NCBI RefSeq assembly: GCF_054482525.1
Contig: NZ_CM137006.1
Reading direction: 5' to 3' (one strand)
DNA length: 64,000 nt
Of this stretch, positions 1-11,295 are shown piece after piece. A program made the position numbers and the translations under genes. Within the stretch, counting starts at the first letter, position 1. Every line of letters begins with the position of its first letter. Under the pieces are notes generated by a model. The model had not been told where the DNA came from. It searched no databases and was given only the letters and a program-made list of their open reading frames with translations.

Positions 1-452
1 ATGGTTTCTTTGCCGCTGGCAAATGAACCGACGTTGAAGGTCTCCTGGAAGTCTGCTTCGGTCAGATCGTGGAAAGACGGATCCAGATCGGCCACTTTAT
101 CTTGCTGCCACAGTCCCAGCGGATCGAGATTCGCATGCTGGTGACCACGGAAGCGGTATGCGTTAATGAGCTGCAGGACTTTAACCTGCTTCACATTGGT
201 GTCAGGGTCGGAGATCGTTGAAGAGTAACGTGAAGCGTCTTTCGCCAGGCGGCGGAAATATTCACGCGTTTGAGAGTGGAATTGATCCGGTTTGACTCCC
301 GTACCAGGTAACTGCTGGAACGTCGAACGCCAGTTAGCGTCAACCGAGTCAGGATCGGTTAAGAAGTCTTCATAGAGCTGTTCTATCCAGCTCTGGTTTG
401 CGCCAGAGAGGTAAGAAGAGTCCAACCAGGCTTTCAAAGCGCTGTTCTGCAT
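1..452 (-). CDS. sucA: 2-oxoglutarate dehydrogenase E1 component, N-terminal part (runs off the window edge)
   Basis: Reverse-complement translation from the ATG at 450-452 gives MQNSALKAWLDSSYLSGANQSWIEQLYEDF..., the SucA N-terminus; the position downstream of sdhB fits the sdh-suc operon. Confidence 0.8.
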   Translation of the reverse strand, partial: MQNSALKAWLDSSYLSGANQSWIEQLYEDFLTDPDSVDANWRSTFQQLPGTGVKPDQFHSQTREYFRRLAKDASRYSSTISDPDTNVKQVKVLQLINAYRFRGHQHANLDPLGLWQQDKVADLDPSFHDLTEADFQETFNVGSFASGKET

Positions 453-569
453 CGTGATCCCTTAAGCATCTTTTTTATGCTTACTTCGCCGTGGATACTA
501 CCACGCACAGTGATGTGCGTGCCGGGGTTCACTTGCGAGCTCTTGTCTACGTAGTGGCTCGCGAAGGAA

Positions 570-608
570 CCTTTAAAAACTGTCTTAGTGTCAGGGGCAG
601 TTTTTAAA
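570..608. repeat. Perfect 12-bp inverted repeat (ctttaaaaactg ... cagtttttaaag) in the sdhB-sucA intergenic region; possible internal terminator or RNA-processing structure
   Basis: Read directly from the sequence; coordinates approximate. Confidence 0.4.
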
Positions 609-651
609 GATTTCCTGAATAGCCGGGGATTTCCCCGGCATCAACATTTAA

Positions 652-1368
652 TTACGCATTACGCTGCAACAACATCGACTTGATATGGCCGATGGCGCGC
701 GTCGGGTTCAGCCCCTTCGGACATACACTGACGCAGTTCATGATGCTGTGACAGCGGAATACACTGAATGCATCGCTCAAACCGTCGAGGCGGCTGTCAG
801 TCTCGGTATCACGGCTATCGATCAGGAAACGATATGCCGCTAACAAGCCTGCCGGGCCGATAAACTTATCGGGATTCCACCAGAAAGACGGACAAGAGGT
901 TGAACAACATGCGCAGAGAATACATTCATACAGCCCGTCGAGTTTTTCGCGCTGCTCTGGCATCTGTAAATGCTCGCGAGCTGGCGGATTTTGTCCATTA
1001 TTCAACAGGTAAGGCTTAATTTTCTCATATTGCGCATAGAATTGTCCCATGTCTACCACCAAATCGCGGATCACCGGTAAACCTGGCAGCGGGCGAATCA
1101 CAATCTTCTTGCCCGGCTGGTTGAGTGCCGAAATCGGGGTAATACAGGCCAGACCATTCTTGCCGTTCATGTTCAGACCGTCGGAACCGCACACACCTTC
1201 ACGGCAGGAACGGCGGAACGACAGGCTGGGATCTTTCTCTTTCAGCTGGATAAGCGCATCCAGCAGCATCATGTCGCGACCTTCTTCCGCTTCCAGGGTG
1301 TAATCCTGCATACGCGGAGCATCATCAACATCCGGGTTATAGCGATAAATTGAAAACTCGAGTCTCAT
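652..1368 (-). CDS. sdhB: Succinate dehydrogenase iron-sulfur subunit
   Basis: 238-aa ORF with 2Fe-2S and 4Fe-4S cysteine clusters (CxxxxCxxC, CxxCxxCxxxCP); last gene of the sdhCDAB order. Confidence 0.95.
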   Translation of the reverse strand: MRLEFSIYRYNPDVDDAPRMQDYTLEAEEGRDMMLLDALIQLKEKDPSLSFRRSCREGVCGSDGLNMNGKNGLACITPISALNQPGKKIVIRPLPGLPVIRDLVVDMGQFYAQYEKIKPYLLNNGQNPPAREHLQMPEQREKLDGLYECILCACCSTSCPSFWWNPDKFIGPAGLLAAYRFLIDSRDTETDSRLDGLSDAFSVFRCHSIMNCVSVCPKGLNPTRAIGHIKSMLLQRNA

Positions 1369-1383
1369 TTTCCTGTCTCCGCA

Positions 1384-3150
1384 TTAGTAAGTACGAATCT
1401 TCGGCGGGAATGCCGGGCGCAGTTTCGGTTCCATGTTGACGCTTCGGCGCGTCATGGATTCCGACTCTGGCAGATACAGGGAGTGGCACAGCCAGTTTTC
1501 ATCATCACGATCCGGGAAGTCGAAGCGGCTATGCGCGCCACGGCTTTCGGTACGGAAGTTGGCAGAAACAGCCGTTGCATACGCCGTTTCCATCAGGTTA
1601 TCAAGTTCCAGGCACTCAACGCGCTGGGTGTTGAACTCGCTGGAAGTGTCATCCAGACGGGCATTTTTCAGGCGCTCGCGGATAACTTTCAACTGCTCAA
1701 GACCTTTCGCCATCGCATCACCTTCACGGAAGACCGAGAAGTTATGCTGCATACATTCTTGCAGTGCTTTACGGATCGCCACCGGATCTTCACCGTTACG
1801 GTTGTTGTTCCAGCGGTTCAGGCGATCCAGAGACGCTTCTACATCAGACTCGCTGGCATCGCGCAGTGCGCCCTGCTCGGCGATAGACTCTTGCAGATGC
1901 AGACCCGCTGCGCGACCAAAGACCACCAGGTCCAGCAGCGAGTTGCCGCCAAGACGGTTAGCGCCGTGTACCGATACGCAGGCAATTTCACCTACCGCGA
2001 ACAGCCCCGGAACCACCACATCTTCGCCTTTCTCGTTCACCGTCAGCGCCTGACCGGTCACTTTGGTCGGAATACCGCCCATCATGTAGTGACAGGTTGG
2101 GATAACCGGAATCGGCTCTTTCACCGGATCGACGTGAGCGAAGGTACGGGAGAGTTCCAGGATACCCGGCAGACGGGATTCAAGAACTTCTTTACCCAGG
2201 TGGTCGAGTTTCAGTTTCGCATGTGGCCCCCACGGACCATCACAGCCGCGACCTTCACGGATTTCAATCATGATGGAACGCGCCACCACGTCACGGCCCG
2301 CCAGGTCTTTGGCGTTCGGCGCATAACGCTCCATAAAGCGTTCGCCATGTTTGTTCAGCAGATAACCGCCTTCACCACGGCAACCTTCGGTGACCAGGAC
2401 GCCCGCACCTGCAATACCGGTCGGGTGGAACTGCCACATTTCCATATCCTGCACCGGTACGCCTGCACGGATAGCCATGCCGACACCGTCGCCAGTGTTA
2501 ATGTGGGCGTTAGTGGTGGACTGATAAATACGCCCTGCCCCGCCAGTCGCCAGCACGGTAGCGCGGGCTTTGAAATAAACCACTTCACCAGTTTCGATGC
2601 ACAGTGCAGTACAACCCACCACCGCGCCATCCTGGTTTTTCACCAGATCCAGCGCATACCACTCGGAGAAAATAGTGGTGTGGTTTTTCAGGTTCTGCTG
2701 ATAAAGCGTGTGCAACAGTGCGTGACCGGTACGGTCAGCAGCCGCCGCAGTGCGTGCCGCCTGCTCGCCGCCGAAGTTTTTCGACTGACCGCCAAACGGA
2801 CGTTGATAGATACGACCATCATCAAGACGCGAGAACGGCAGGCCCATGTGTTCGAGTTCCAGAATCGCTTCCGGCCCGGTTTTACACATATATTCAATCG
2901 CGTCCTGGTCACCGATATAGTCCGACCCTTTTACGGTATCGTACATATGCCATTCCCAGTTATCTTCATGGGTATTACCCAGCGCAACGGTAATGCCGCC
3001 TTGCGCAGAAACGGTATGGGAACGGGTCGGGAAGACTTTAGAGAGCAGCGCACAGGTCTGACCGCTCTGGGAAATTTGCAGCGCCGCGCGCATACCTGCG
3101 CCACCGGCACCAATCACAACTGCATCAAATTCTCTGACTGGCAATTTCAT
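1384..3150 (-). CDS. sdhA: Succinate dehydrogenase flavoprotein subunit
   Basis: ORF-track frame trimmed to the internal Met ([27 protein letters not shown]-binding GxGxxG) for an expected ~588 aa; start overlaps the sdhD stop. Confidence 0.95.
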   Translation of the reverse strand: MKLPVREFDAVVIGAGGAGMRAALQISQSGQTCALLSKVFPTRSHTVSAQGGITVALGNTHEDNWEWHMYDTVKGSDYIGDQDAIEYMCKTGPEAILELEHMGLPFSRLDDGRIYQRPFGGQSKNFGGEQAARTAAAADRTGHALLHTLYQQNLKNHTTIFSEWYALDLVKNQDGAVVGCTALCIETGEVVYFKARATVLATGGAGRIYQSTTNAHINTGDGVGMAIRAGVPVQDMEMWQFHPTGIAGAGVLVTEGCRGEGGYLLNKHGERFMERYAPNAKDLAGRDVVARSIMIEIREGRGCDGPWGPHAKLKLDHLGKEVLESRLPGILELSRTFAHVDPVKEPIPVIPTCHYMMGGIPTKVTGQALTVNEKGEDVVVPGLFAVGEIACVSVHGANRLGGNSLLDLVVFGRAAGLHLQESIAEQGALRDASESDVEASLDRLNRWNNNRNGEDPVAIRKALQECMQHNFSVFREGDAMAKGLEQLKVIRERLKNARLDDTSSEFNTQRVECLELDNLMETAYATAVSANFRTESRGAHSRFDFPDRDDENWLCHSLYLPESESMTRRSVNMEPKLRPAFPPKIRTY

Positions 3151-3497
3151 CACACACCCCACACCACAACGAATCCATAAATCACGTAAACCACCAGTGC
3201 AACGACAATCACCAGTTGCAGCATCAGGCGCAAGGCCAGCGGTTTAACGTAGTCGGTCAACACCTGCCACATGCCGATCCAGGCATGAATCAAGATAGAA
3301 AACAGCGCCAGCAGGGTGAACACTTTGGTGAACGCAGAGGCGAAGAAACCGATCCAGACTTCATATGTCAGCTCGCCACTGGTAGCGAAAAAACCGACCA
3401 TATAAATGATGTAGAGCGTCAGGACGATAGCGGTAGCGCGAACGAGGATGAAATCATGTACGCCATTGCGTCCTAATGCGGAGGCGTTGCTTACCAT
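3150..3497 (-). CDS. sdhD: Succinate dehydrogenase membrane anchor subunit
   Basis: 115-aa hydrophobic ORF between sdhC and sdhA. Confidence 0.9.
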
Positions 3498-3880
3498 ACG
3501 AGGACTCCTGCGAGAAGTGAAAGCACGACAGTAATAACAAAGGAGATTTTGGCGGAGCGTTTACCCGCTTCGAATGTTTCTTCCAGATAGCCAAAATCCA
3601 TCATCATGTGGCGAATACCTACGACGACGTGATACGCCAGAGCGGTAAGGATGCCCCACATGATAAATTTGACGAAGAAGCTGCCCATAATCGCAGAAGC
3701 TTGCTCGAAACCTTCAGGGGAAGAGAGGCTGGTACCCAGAAGCCACAGCAGGATGCCCACTGCAACAAAGGTGATCATACCGGAAACGCGATGGAGAATG
3801 GACGCTATCGCCGTGACGGGGAACCGGATGGTCTGTAGGTCCAGATTAACAGGTCTTTGTTTTTTCACATTTCTTATCAT
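3491..3880 (-). CDS. sdhC: Succinate dehydrogenase cytochrome b556 subunit
   Basis: Start trimmed to [15 protein letters not shown] (129 aa); overlaps sdhD. Confidence 0.9.
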
Positions 3881-3895
3881 GAATAACGCCCACAT

Positions 3896-4588
3896 GCTGT
3901 TCTTATTATTCCCTGGGGACTACGGGCACAGAGGTTAACTTTCTGTTACCTGGAGACGTCGGGATTTCCTTCCTCCGGTCTGCTTGCGGGTCAGACAGCG
4001 TCCTTTCTATAACTGCGCGTCATGCAAAACACTGCTTCCAGATGCGAAAACGACACGTTACAACGCTGGGTGGCTCGGGATTGCAGGGTGTTCCGGAGAC
4101 CTGGCGGCAGTATAGGCCGTTCACAAAATCATTACAATTAACCTACATATAGTTTGTCGGGTTTTATCCTGAACAGTGATCCAGGTCACGATAACAACAT
4201 TTATTTAATTTTTAATCATCTAATTTGACAATCATTCAACAAAGTTGTTACAAACATTACCAGGAAAAGCATATAATGCGTAAAAGTTATGAAGTCGGTA
4301 TTTCACCTAAGATTAACTTATGTAACAGTGTGGAAGTATTGACCAATTCATTCGGGACAGTTATTAGTGGTAGACAAGTTTAATAATTCGGATTGCTAAG
4401 TACTTGATTCGCCATTTATTCGTCATCAATGGATCCTTTACCTGCAAGCGCCCAGAGCTCTGTACCCAGGTTTTCCCCTCTTTCGCAGAGCGGCGAGCCA
4501 AATAACAAACGGGTAAAGCCAGGTTGATGTGCGAAGGCAAATTTAAGTTCCGGCAGTCTTACGCAATAAGGCGCTAAGGAGACCTTAA
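3896..4588. promoter_or_regulatory. Divergent gltA / sdhCDAB promoter and control region
   Basis: AT-rich ~690-bp non-coding interval between divergent start codons; this is a well-studied control region in E. coli, but no individual binding sites were mapped here. Confidence 0.6.
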
Positions 4589-5872
4589 ATGGCTGATACA
4601 AAAGCAAAACTCACCCTCAACGGGGATACAGCTGTTGAACTGGATGTGCTGAAAGGCACGCTGGGTCAAGATGTTATTGATATCCGTACTCTCGGTTCAA
4701 AAGGTGTATTCACCTTTGACCCAGGCTTCACTTCAACCGCATCCTGCGAATCTAAAATTACTTTTATTGATGGTGATGAAGGTATTTTGCTGCACCGCGG
4801 TTTCCCGATCGATCAGCTGGCGACCGATTCTAACTACCTGGAAGTTTGTTACATCCTGCTGAATGGTGAAAAACCGACTCAGGAACAGTATGACGAATTT
4901 AAAACTACGGTGACCCGTCATACCATGATCCACGAGCAGATTACCCGTCTGTTCCATGCTTTCCGTCGCGACTCGCATCCAATGGCAGTCATGTGTGGTA
5001 TTACCGGCGCGCTGGCGGCGTTCTATCACGACTCGCTGGATGTTAACAATCCTCGTCATCGTGAAATTGCCGCGTTCCGCCTGCTGTCGAAAATGCCGAC
5101 CATGGCCGCGATGTGTTACAAGTATTCCATTGGTCAGCCATTTGTTTACCCGCGCAACGATCTCTCCTATGCCGGTAACTTCCTGAATATGATGTTCTCC
5201 ACGCCGTGCGAACCGTATGAAGTTAATCCGATTCTGGAACGTGCTATGGACCGTATTTTGATCCTGCACGCTGACCATGAACAGAACGCCTCTACCTCCA
5301 CCGTGCGTACCGCTGGCTCTTCGGGGGCGAACCCGTTTGCCTGTATCGCAGCAGGTATTGCTTCACTGTGGGGACCTGCGCACGGTGGTGCTAACGAAGC
5401 GGCGCTGAAAATGCTGGAAGAAATCAGCTCCGTTAAACACATTCCGGAATTTGTTCGTCGTGCGAAAGATAAAAATGATTCTTTCCGCCTGATGGGCTTC
5501 GGGCACCGCGTGTACAAAAATTACGACCCGCGCGCCACCGTAATGCGTGAAACCTGCCATGAAGTGCTGAAAGAGCTGGGTACCAAAGATGACCTGCTGG
5601 AAGTGGCTATGGAGCTGGAAAACATCGCGCTGAACGACCCGTACTTTATCGAGAAGAAACTCTACCCGAACGTCGATTTCTACTCTGGTATCATCCTGAA
5701 AGCGATGGGTATTCCGTCTTCTATGTTCACCGTGATCTTCGCTATGGCACGTACCGTTGGCTGGATCGCCCACTGGAGCGAAATGCACAGTGACGGTATG
5801 AAGATTGCCCGTCCGCGTCAACTGTATACAGGATATGAAAAACGCGACTTTAAAAGCGATATCAAGCGTTAA
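4589..5872 (+). CDS. gltA: Citrate synthase
   Basis: 427-aa ORF starting [36 protein letters not shown]. Confidence 0.95.
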   Translation: MADTKAKLTLNGDTAVELDVLKGTLGQDVIDIRTLGSKGVFTFDPGFTSTASCESKITFIDGDEGILLHRGFPIDQLATDSNYLEVCYILLNGEKPTQEQYDEFKTTVTRHTMIHEQITRLFHAFRRDSHPMAVMCGITGALAAFYHDSLDVNNPRHREIAAFRLLSKMPTMAAMCYKYSIGQPFVYPRNDLSYAGNFLNMMFSTPCEPYEVNPILERAMDRILILHADHEQNASTSTVRTAGSSGANPFACIAAGIASLWGPAHGGANEAALKMLEEISSVKHIPEFVRRAKDKNDSFRLMGFGHRVYKNYDPRATVMRETCHEVLKELGTKDDLLEVAMELENIALNDPYFIEKKLYPNVDFYSGIILKAMGIPSSMFTVIFAMARTVGWIAHWSEMHSDGMKIARPRQLYTGYEKRDFKSDIKR

Positions 5873-5902
5873 TGGTTGATTGCTAAGCCGTTTACTTTCC
5901 GG

Positions 5903-5932
5903 ACCCGCCTTTAATAGAGCGGGTTCTTTTTT
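5903..5932 (+). terminator. Rho-independent terminator after gltA
   Basis: GC stem acccgc...gcgggt followed by a T-run. Confidence 0.6.
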
Positions 5933-6261
5933 ATATGGCTGAACATAATAAATTGTAAAAATTAAACCAGATGCAAATACCCATTAATAAGGTGAAAAAA
6001 TGTGACAAGTCACATACTGAGCAGAATGATAAGTTTATTTTTATACTTTCCTGCCGGTAGCATTGTTAACCCAATGAAAATTATGCATATCCATCCCACC
6101 CCATCTTTCATCTCATTAAACAATAAATTTATACACTCAATTATTCCATTCTTTATATAACAAGATTTTTAATATTGTTAAATAAAACCAAATACATTCA
6201 ACTGTCAGTTAATATATTCTTGCCTCGCAACACTCTATCTCATTATTTAAAGGACTCAGCT

Positions 6262-6828
6262 ATGTTTAAAGGACAAAAAACATTGGCCGCACTGGCCATA
6301 TCTCTGCTATTCACAGCACCTGTTTATGCGGCTGATGAAGGATCCGGTGAAATTCACTTTAAAGGTGAAGTTATTGAAGCACCGTGTGAAATACATCAGG
6401 ATGATATTGATAAAGAGGTTGAACTCGGTCAGGTGACCACCAGCCATATTAATCAGTCGCATCACAGCGATGCCGTTGCTGTCGACCTGCGCTTAGTCAA
6501 CTGCGATCTGGAAAACTCCAACAACGGTTCCGGCGGCAAGATTTCTAAAGTTGCAGTCACCTTTGAAAGCTCAGCGAAAACCACCGGCGCAGATCCGATT
6601 CTCAACAACACCAGCACGGGTGAAGCCACCGGCGTCGGCGTGCGTTTAATGAATAAAGATCAAAGCAATATCGTTTTAGGCACCGCTACTCCAGATATCG
6701 ACCTGGCTCCGACCTCCAGCGAACAAACGTTAAATTTCTTTGCGTGGATGGAACAAATTGATCAGGCTACACCTGTAACGCCAGGCGCAGTTACGGCGAA
6801 TGCGACCTACGTGCTGGATTATAAATAA
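6262..6828 (+). CDS. ybgD: Fimbrial major subunit (chaperone-usher family)
   Basis: 188 aa from MFKGQKTLAALAISLLFTAPVYA (signal peptide); C-terminal fimbrial subunit strand; AT-rich upstream region. Confidence 0.85.
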   Translation: MFKGQKTLAALAISLLFTAPVYAADEGSGEIHFKGEVIEAPCEIHQDDIDKEVELGQVTTSHINQSHHSDAVAVDLRLVNCDLENSNNGSGGKISKVAVTFESSAKTTGADPILNNTSTGEATGVGVRLMNKDQSNIVLGTATPDIDLAPTSSEQTLNFFAWMEQIDQATPVTPGAVTANATYVLDYK

Positions 6829-6878
6829 GTATCACTTTGGCGGCGTCATCGCCGCCTTTCTTCAAATATTTATCAGGT

Positions 6879-9338
6879 ATGGACACCGTGAATATTTATC
6901 GACTCTCTTTTATATCCTGCCTGGTCATGGCGATGCCTTCCGCATTGGCGGTCGAATTCAATCTGAATGTTCTCGATAAATCAATGCGCGACCGCATTGA
7001 TATTTCATTATTAAAGGAAAAAGGAGTCATTGCTCCCGGTGAATATTTTGTTAGCGTTGCGGTGAATAACAACCAAATCAGTAATGGGCAAAAAATCAAC
7101 TGGCAAAAAAAGGGTGACAAAACCATTCCATGCATCAATGATTCACTGGTCGATAAATTTGGTTTAAAACCAGATATCCGTCAGTCCTTGCCACAGATAG
7201 ATCGGTGTATTGATTTCAGTTCCCGACCTGAAATGCTCTTCAATTTCGATCAAGCCAATCAGCAACTGAATATTAGTATTCCGCAAGCCTGGCTGGCGTG
7301 GCACTCAGAAAACTGGGCTCCCCCCTCTACATGGAAAGAAGGTGTTGCCGGTGTCCTGATGGATTACAACTTGTTTGCCAGCAGCTACCGCCCACAGGAC
7401 GGCAGCAGCAGCACTAATCTGAATGCCTACGGTACCGCCGGAATTAACGCCGGGGCATGGCGCTTACGCAGTGATTACCAGCTTAATAAGACCGATAGCG
7501 AAGATAACCATGACCAGTCAGGCGGAATATCGCGCACCTATCTTTTTCGTCCATTACCGCAATTAGGCTCTAAGTTAACCCTCGGCGAAACCGATTTCAG
7601 TTCCAATATTTTCGACGGCTTTTCTTATACCGGCGCGGCACTGGCAAGTGACGATCGGATGTTACCGTGGGAGCTACGCGGCTACGCCCCACAAATCAGC
7701 GGCATTGCACAAACCAACGCCACCGTCACCGTGAGTCACTCAGGGCGAGTTATTTACCAGAAAAAAGTCCCACCAGGTCCGTTTATCATTGATGACCTTA
7801 ATCAGTCCGTCCAGGGTACGTTGGATGTCAAAGTGACGGAAGAAGATGGTCGGGTGAACAATTTCCAGGTTTCGGCAGCATCGACGCCCTTCCTGACTCG
7901 CCAGGGACAGGTTCGCTATAAATTGGCCGCGGGTCAGCCACGGCCCTCCATGTCACATCAAACTGAAAATGAAACCTTTTTTAGCAATGAAGTTTCCTGG
8001 GGGATGCTGTCAAATACCTCGCTGTACGGCGGCCTGCTGATTTCGGGTGACGACTACCATTCTGCCGCAATGGGTATCGGGCAAAATATGCTCTGGCTTG
8101 GTGCATTGTCGTTTGATGTCACCTGGGCCAGTAGTCAGTTTGATACTCAGCAGGACGAGCGGGGCTTAAGTTACCGCTTTAATTACAGCAAACAAGTGGA
8201 TGCCACTAACAGCACGATTTCGCTCGCCGCTTATCGCTTTTCAGATCGTCATTTTCACAGCTACGCCAACTATCTGGATCACAAATACAACGACAACGAT
8301 GCGCAGGACGAAAAACAGACGATCAGCTTATCCGTGGGGCAACCGATTACCCCACTGAACCTCAATCTGTACGCCAACCTGCTGCATCAAACCTGGTGGA
8401 ATGCAGACGCCTCCACGACCGCCAACATCACGGCGGGTTTTAATGTTGATATTGGTAACTGGAGAGATATCTCGATCTCGACGTCATTCAATACAACCCA
8501 TTACGAAGATAAAGATCGCGACAATCAGATTTACCTGTCGATTTCGCTTCCCTTCGGTAACGGGGGGCGGGTCGGTTATGACATGCAAAACAGTAGTCAA
8601 AGCACCACGCACCGCATGTCGTGGAATGATACGTTGGATGAACGTAATAGCTGGGGCATGTCTACCGGACTGCAATCCGACCGTCCGGATAATGGAGCCC
8701 AGGTGAGCGGTAACTATCAGCACCTGAGTTCAGCGGGTGAGTGGGATATTTCTGGTACCTATGCCGCCAATGATTACAGTTCCGTCAGCAGCAGCTGGAG
8801 CGGTTCTTTCACGGCAACTCAATATGGTGCGGCGTTCCATCGTCGCAGCTCCACCAATGAACCACGTCTGATGGTCAGTACCGATGGCGTGGCAGATATT
8901 CCGGTTCAGGGCAATCTCGACTACACCAACCATTTTGGCATTGCGGTGGTGCCGTTGATTTCCAGTTATCAGCCTTCCACCGTGGCGGTGAACATGAATG
9001 ATTTACCCGACGGCGTAACAGTGGCAGATAACGTTATCAAAGAAACGTGGATTGAAGGCGCGATAGGTTACAAATCGCTGGCTTCCCGTTCCGGTAAAGA
9101 CGTTAACGTCATCATTCGCAACGCCAGCGGTCAGTTCCCTCCCCTCGGTGCGGATATCCGCCAGGATGATAGCGGCATTAGCGTGGGGATGGTTGGCGAG
9201 GAAGGACATGCCTGGTTAAGTGGAGTCGCTGAAAATCAACAATTTACCGTGGTCTGGGGTAATAGCCAGCGTTGCTCGATCCATCTTCCTGAACATATGG
9301 AAGACACCGCAAATCGCCTGATTTTACCTTGTCATTAA
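6879..9338 (+). CDS. ybgQ: Fimbrial outer-membrane usher
   Basis: ~820-aa ORF of usher size with a signal peptide (start choice among nearby codons uncertain); sits between the subunit and chaperone genes. Confidence 0.8.
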   Translation: MDTVNIYRLSFISCLVMAMPSALAVEFNLNVLDKSMRDRIDISLLKEKGVIAPGEYFVSVAVNNNQISNGQKINWQKKGDKTIPCINDSLVDKFGLKPDIRQSLPQIDRCIDFSSRPEMLFNFDQANQQLNISIPQAWLAWHSENWAPPSTWKEGVAGVLMDYNLFASSYRPQDGSSSTNLNAYGTAGINAGAWRLRSDYQLNKTDSEDNHDQSGGISRTYLFRPLPQLGSKLTLGETDFSSNIFDGFSYTGAALASDDRMLPWELRGYAPQISGIAQTNATVTVSHSGRVIYQKKVPPGPFIIDDLNQSVQGTLDVKVTEEDGRVNNFQVSAASTPFLTRQGQVRYKLAAGQPRPSMSHQTENETFFSNEVSWGMLSNTSLYGGLLISGDDYHSAAMGIGQNMLWLGALSFDVTWASSQFDTQQDERGLSYRFNYSKQVDATNSTISLAAYRFSDRHFHSYANYLDHKYNDNDAQDEKQTISLSVGQPITPLNLNLYANLLHQTWWNADASTTANITAGFNVDIGNWRDISISTSFNTTHYEDKDRDNQIYLSISLPFGNGGRVGYDMQNSSQSTTHRMSWNDTLDERNSWGMSTGLQSDRPDNGAQVSGNYQHLSSAGEWDISGTYAANDYSSVSSSWSGSFTATQYGAAFHRRSSTNEPRLMVSTDGVADIPVQGNLDYTNHFGIAVVPLISSYQPSTVAVNMNDLPDGVTVADNVIKETWIEGAIGYKSLASRSGKDVNVIIRNASGQFPPLGADIRQDDSGISVGMVGEEGHAWLSGVAENQQFTVVWGNSQRCSIHLPEHMEDTANRLILPCH

Positions 9339-9353
9339 TTAAGGAAATGAAAA

Positions 9354-10085
9354 ATGACATTTATGAAAGGACTTCCCCTTTTGTTGTTGATTGCCAGTCT
9401 GTGCAGCTACGCTGCGCTACAACCCGATCGCACTCGCATTGTGTTTAACGCTAATGATAAAGCCACCAGCCTGCGAGTGGATAATCGTAGCGATAAACTC
9501 CCCTACCTCGCTTATTCCTGGCTCGAAAATGAAAAAGGGGAGAAAAGCGACGATCTTCTGGTCGCCCTGCCACCGATACAACGTCTGGAACCGAAAGCAA
9601 CAACGCAGGTGCGGATAGTCAAGCAAGCCTCGACCGCGAAATTACCTGGCGATCGCGAAACGCTATTTTTCTACAATATGCGTGAAATTCCTCCCTCCCC
9701 AGAAAAAAACAGCGGCCATGCCGTTCTGCAGGTCGCCATCCAGAGTCGTATCAAGGTGTTCTGGAGACCGTCCGCGTTACGCAAGAAAGCAGGAGAAAAA
9801 GTCGAGCTACAGTTACAAGTCAGCCAGCAGGGCAATCAACTTAACTTAAAAAACCCGACCGGCTATTACCTGACAATCGCCTACCTCGGACGAAATGAGC
9901 AAGCTGTTCTCCCGGGCTTCAAAACCGTGATGGTTGCGCCTTTTAGTACAGTAATTACAAACACCGGAAGTTATAGCGGCAGTCAGTTTTATCTCGGTTA
10001 TATGGATGATTACGGCGCGTTACGCATGACGACGCTCAATTGCAACGGACATTGCCGTTTACAAGCAGTGGAGGCGAAGAAATGA
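9354..10085 (+). CDS. ybgP: Fimbrial periplasmic chaperone
   Basis: 243 aa with a signal peptide, PapD-like size and position. Confidence 0.8.
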   Translation: MTFMKGLPLLLLIASLCSYAALQPDRTRIVFNANDKATSLRVDNRSDKLPYLAYSWLENEKGEKSDDLLVALPPIQRLEPKATTQVRIVKQASTAKLPGDRETLFFYNMREIPPSPEKNSGHAVLQVAIQSRIKVFWRPSALRKKAGEKVELQLQVSQQGNQLNLKNPTGYYLTIAYLGRNEQAVLPGFKTVMVAPFSTVITNTGSYSGSQFYLGYMDDYGALRMTTLNCNGHCRLQAVEAKK

Positions 10086-11143
10086 GTACTGGCAAAGGAT
10101 TGTTGCTCGTCATCTGTCTGTTATTTCTGCCATTGAAGTCTGCGCTAGCGCTGAACTGCTATTTTGGTACTTCCGGCGGAACGGTAGAAAAATCGGAAGC
10201 GATTCAACCCTTTGCTGTGCCAGGTAATGCCAAACCCGGCGATAAGATCTGGGAATCTGACGATATTAAAATTCCCGTCTATTGTGACAACAATACCAAC
10301 GGCAACTTTGAAAGCGAACATGTCTACGCATGGGTAAACCCCTACCCGGGGGTACAGGATCGTTATTATCAACTCGGCGTGACATACAATGGTGTCGATT
10401 ACGATGCCAGTCTGGGGAAAAGCCGCATCGACACCAACCAGTGTATCGACAGTAAGAACATTAACATTTATACCCCTGAGCAGATTATCGCGATGGGCTG
10501 GCAGAACAAAATATGTTCGGGTGACCCCGCTAATATTCACATGTCGCGAACCTTTCTCGCTCGTATGCGGTTATACGTTAAGATTCGCGAAATGCCGCCG
10601 CATGATTATCAAAGTACGCTTAGCGACTACATCGTCGTGCAATTTGATGGTGCCGGTAGCGTTAACGAAGACCCTACCGCCCAAAACCTGAAATACCATA
10701 TTACTGGTCTGGAAAACATTCGTGTACTGGATTGCAGCGTCAATTTTTCTATTTCACCAGAAACACAGGTGATTGATTTTGGTAAATTTAACCTGCTGGA
10801 TATTCGCCGCCACACAATGTCGAAAACATTCAGTATTAAGACGACAAAATCACAAAATGACCAGTGCACCGACGGATTTAAGGTCAGCTCTTCGTTTTAT
10901 ACCGAAGAAACATTGATTGAAGAGGATAAAGCACTGCTGATTGGTAATGGACTGAAGCTACGTTTGCTGGATGAAAATTCTTCACCCTATACTTTCAACA
11001 AATACAGCGAATATGCTGATTTCACCAGCGATATGTTGATCTACGAAAAAACCTATACGGCTGAACTTTCGTCCATTCCCGGCACCCCCATCGAAGCGGG
11101 TCCCTTCGATACAGTGGTGCTTTTTAAGATTAACTATAACTAA
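10082..11143 (+). CDS. ybgO: Putative fimbrial adhesin / minor subunit
   Basis: 353 aa from [23 protein letters not shown]; start overlaps the ybgP stop (ATGA). Confidence 0.75.
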   Translation: MSTGKGLLLVICLLFLPLKSALALNCYFGTSGGTVEKSEAIQPFAVPGNAKPGDKIWESDDIKIPVYCDNNTNGNFESEHVYAWVNPYPGVQDRYYQLGVTYNGVDYDASLGKSRIDTNQCIDSKNINIYTPEQIIAMGWQNKICSGDPANIHMSRTFLARMRLYVKIREMPPHDYQSTLSDYIVVQFDGAGSVNEDPTAQNLKYHITGLENIRVLDCSVNFSISPETQVIDFGKFNLLDIRRHTMSKTFSIKTTKSQNDQCTDGFKVSSSFYTEETLIEEDKALLIGNGLKLRLLDENSSPYTFNKYSEYADFTSDMLIYEKTYTAELSSIPGTPIEAGPFDTVVLFKINYN

Positions 11144-11295
11144 TTTATCATGATGCCCTTTGCAGTCAGTAAAGGGCCTCTCTTTCAGAAAATTGCTGAT
11201 TTTCCCCTTTTCCTTGATTGCTGTTATTTTTTCCTGGCCCGGCTTTCTTTATGCTGTATCGATACACCAAAGAAAAAATAATGAGGGAGCGAAGG

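Noticed and set aside
1483-3180. 565-aa ORF on the plus strand, antisense to sdhA
   Set aside because: It lies entirely opposite a well-supported, highly conserved gene. Long stop-free antisense frames are a common artefact of codon bias in GC-rich genes, and its Arg/Thr/His-rich low-complexity composition is unlike a real protein.
4416-4607. 63-aa ORF in the sdhC-gltA divergent promoter region
   Set aside because: No ribosome-binding context and it overlaps the gltA start; the region is better explained as regulatory DNA.
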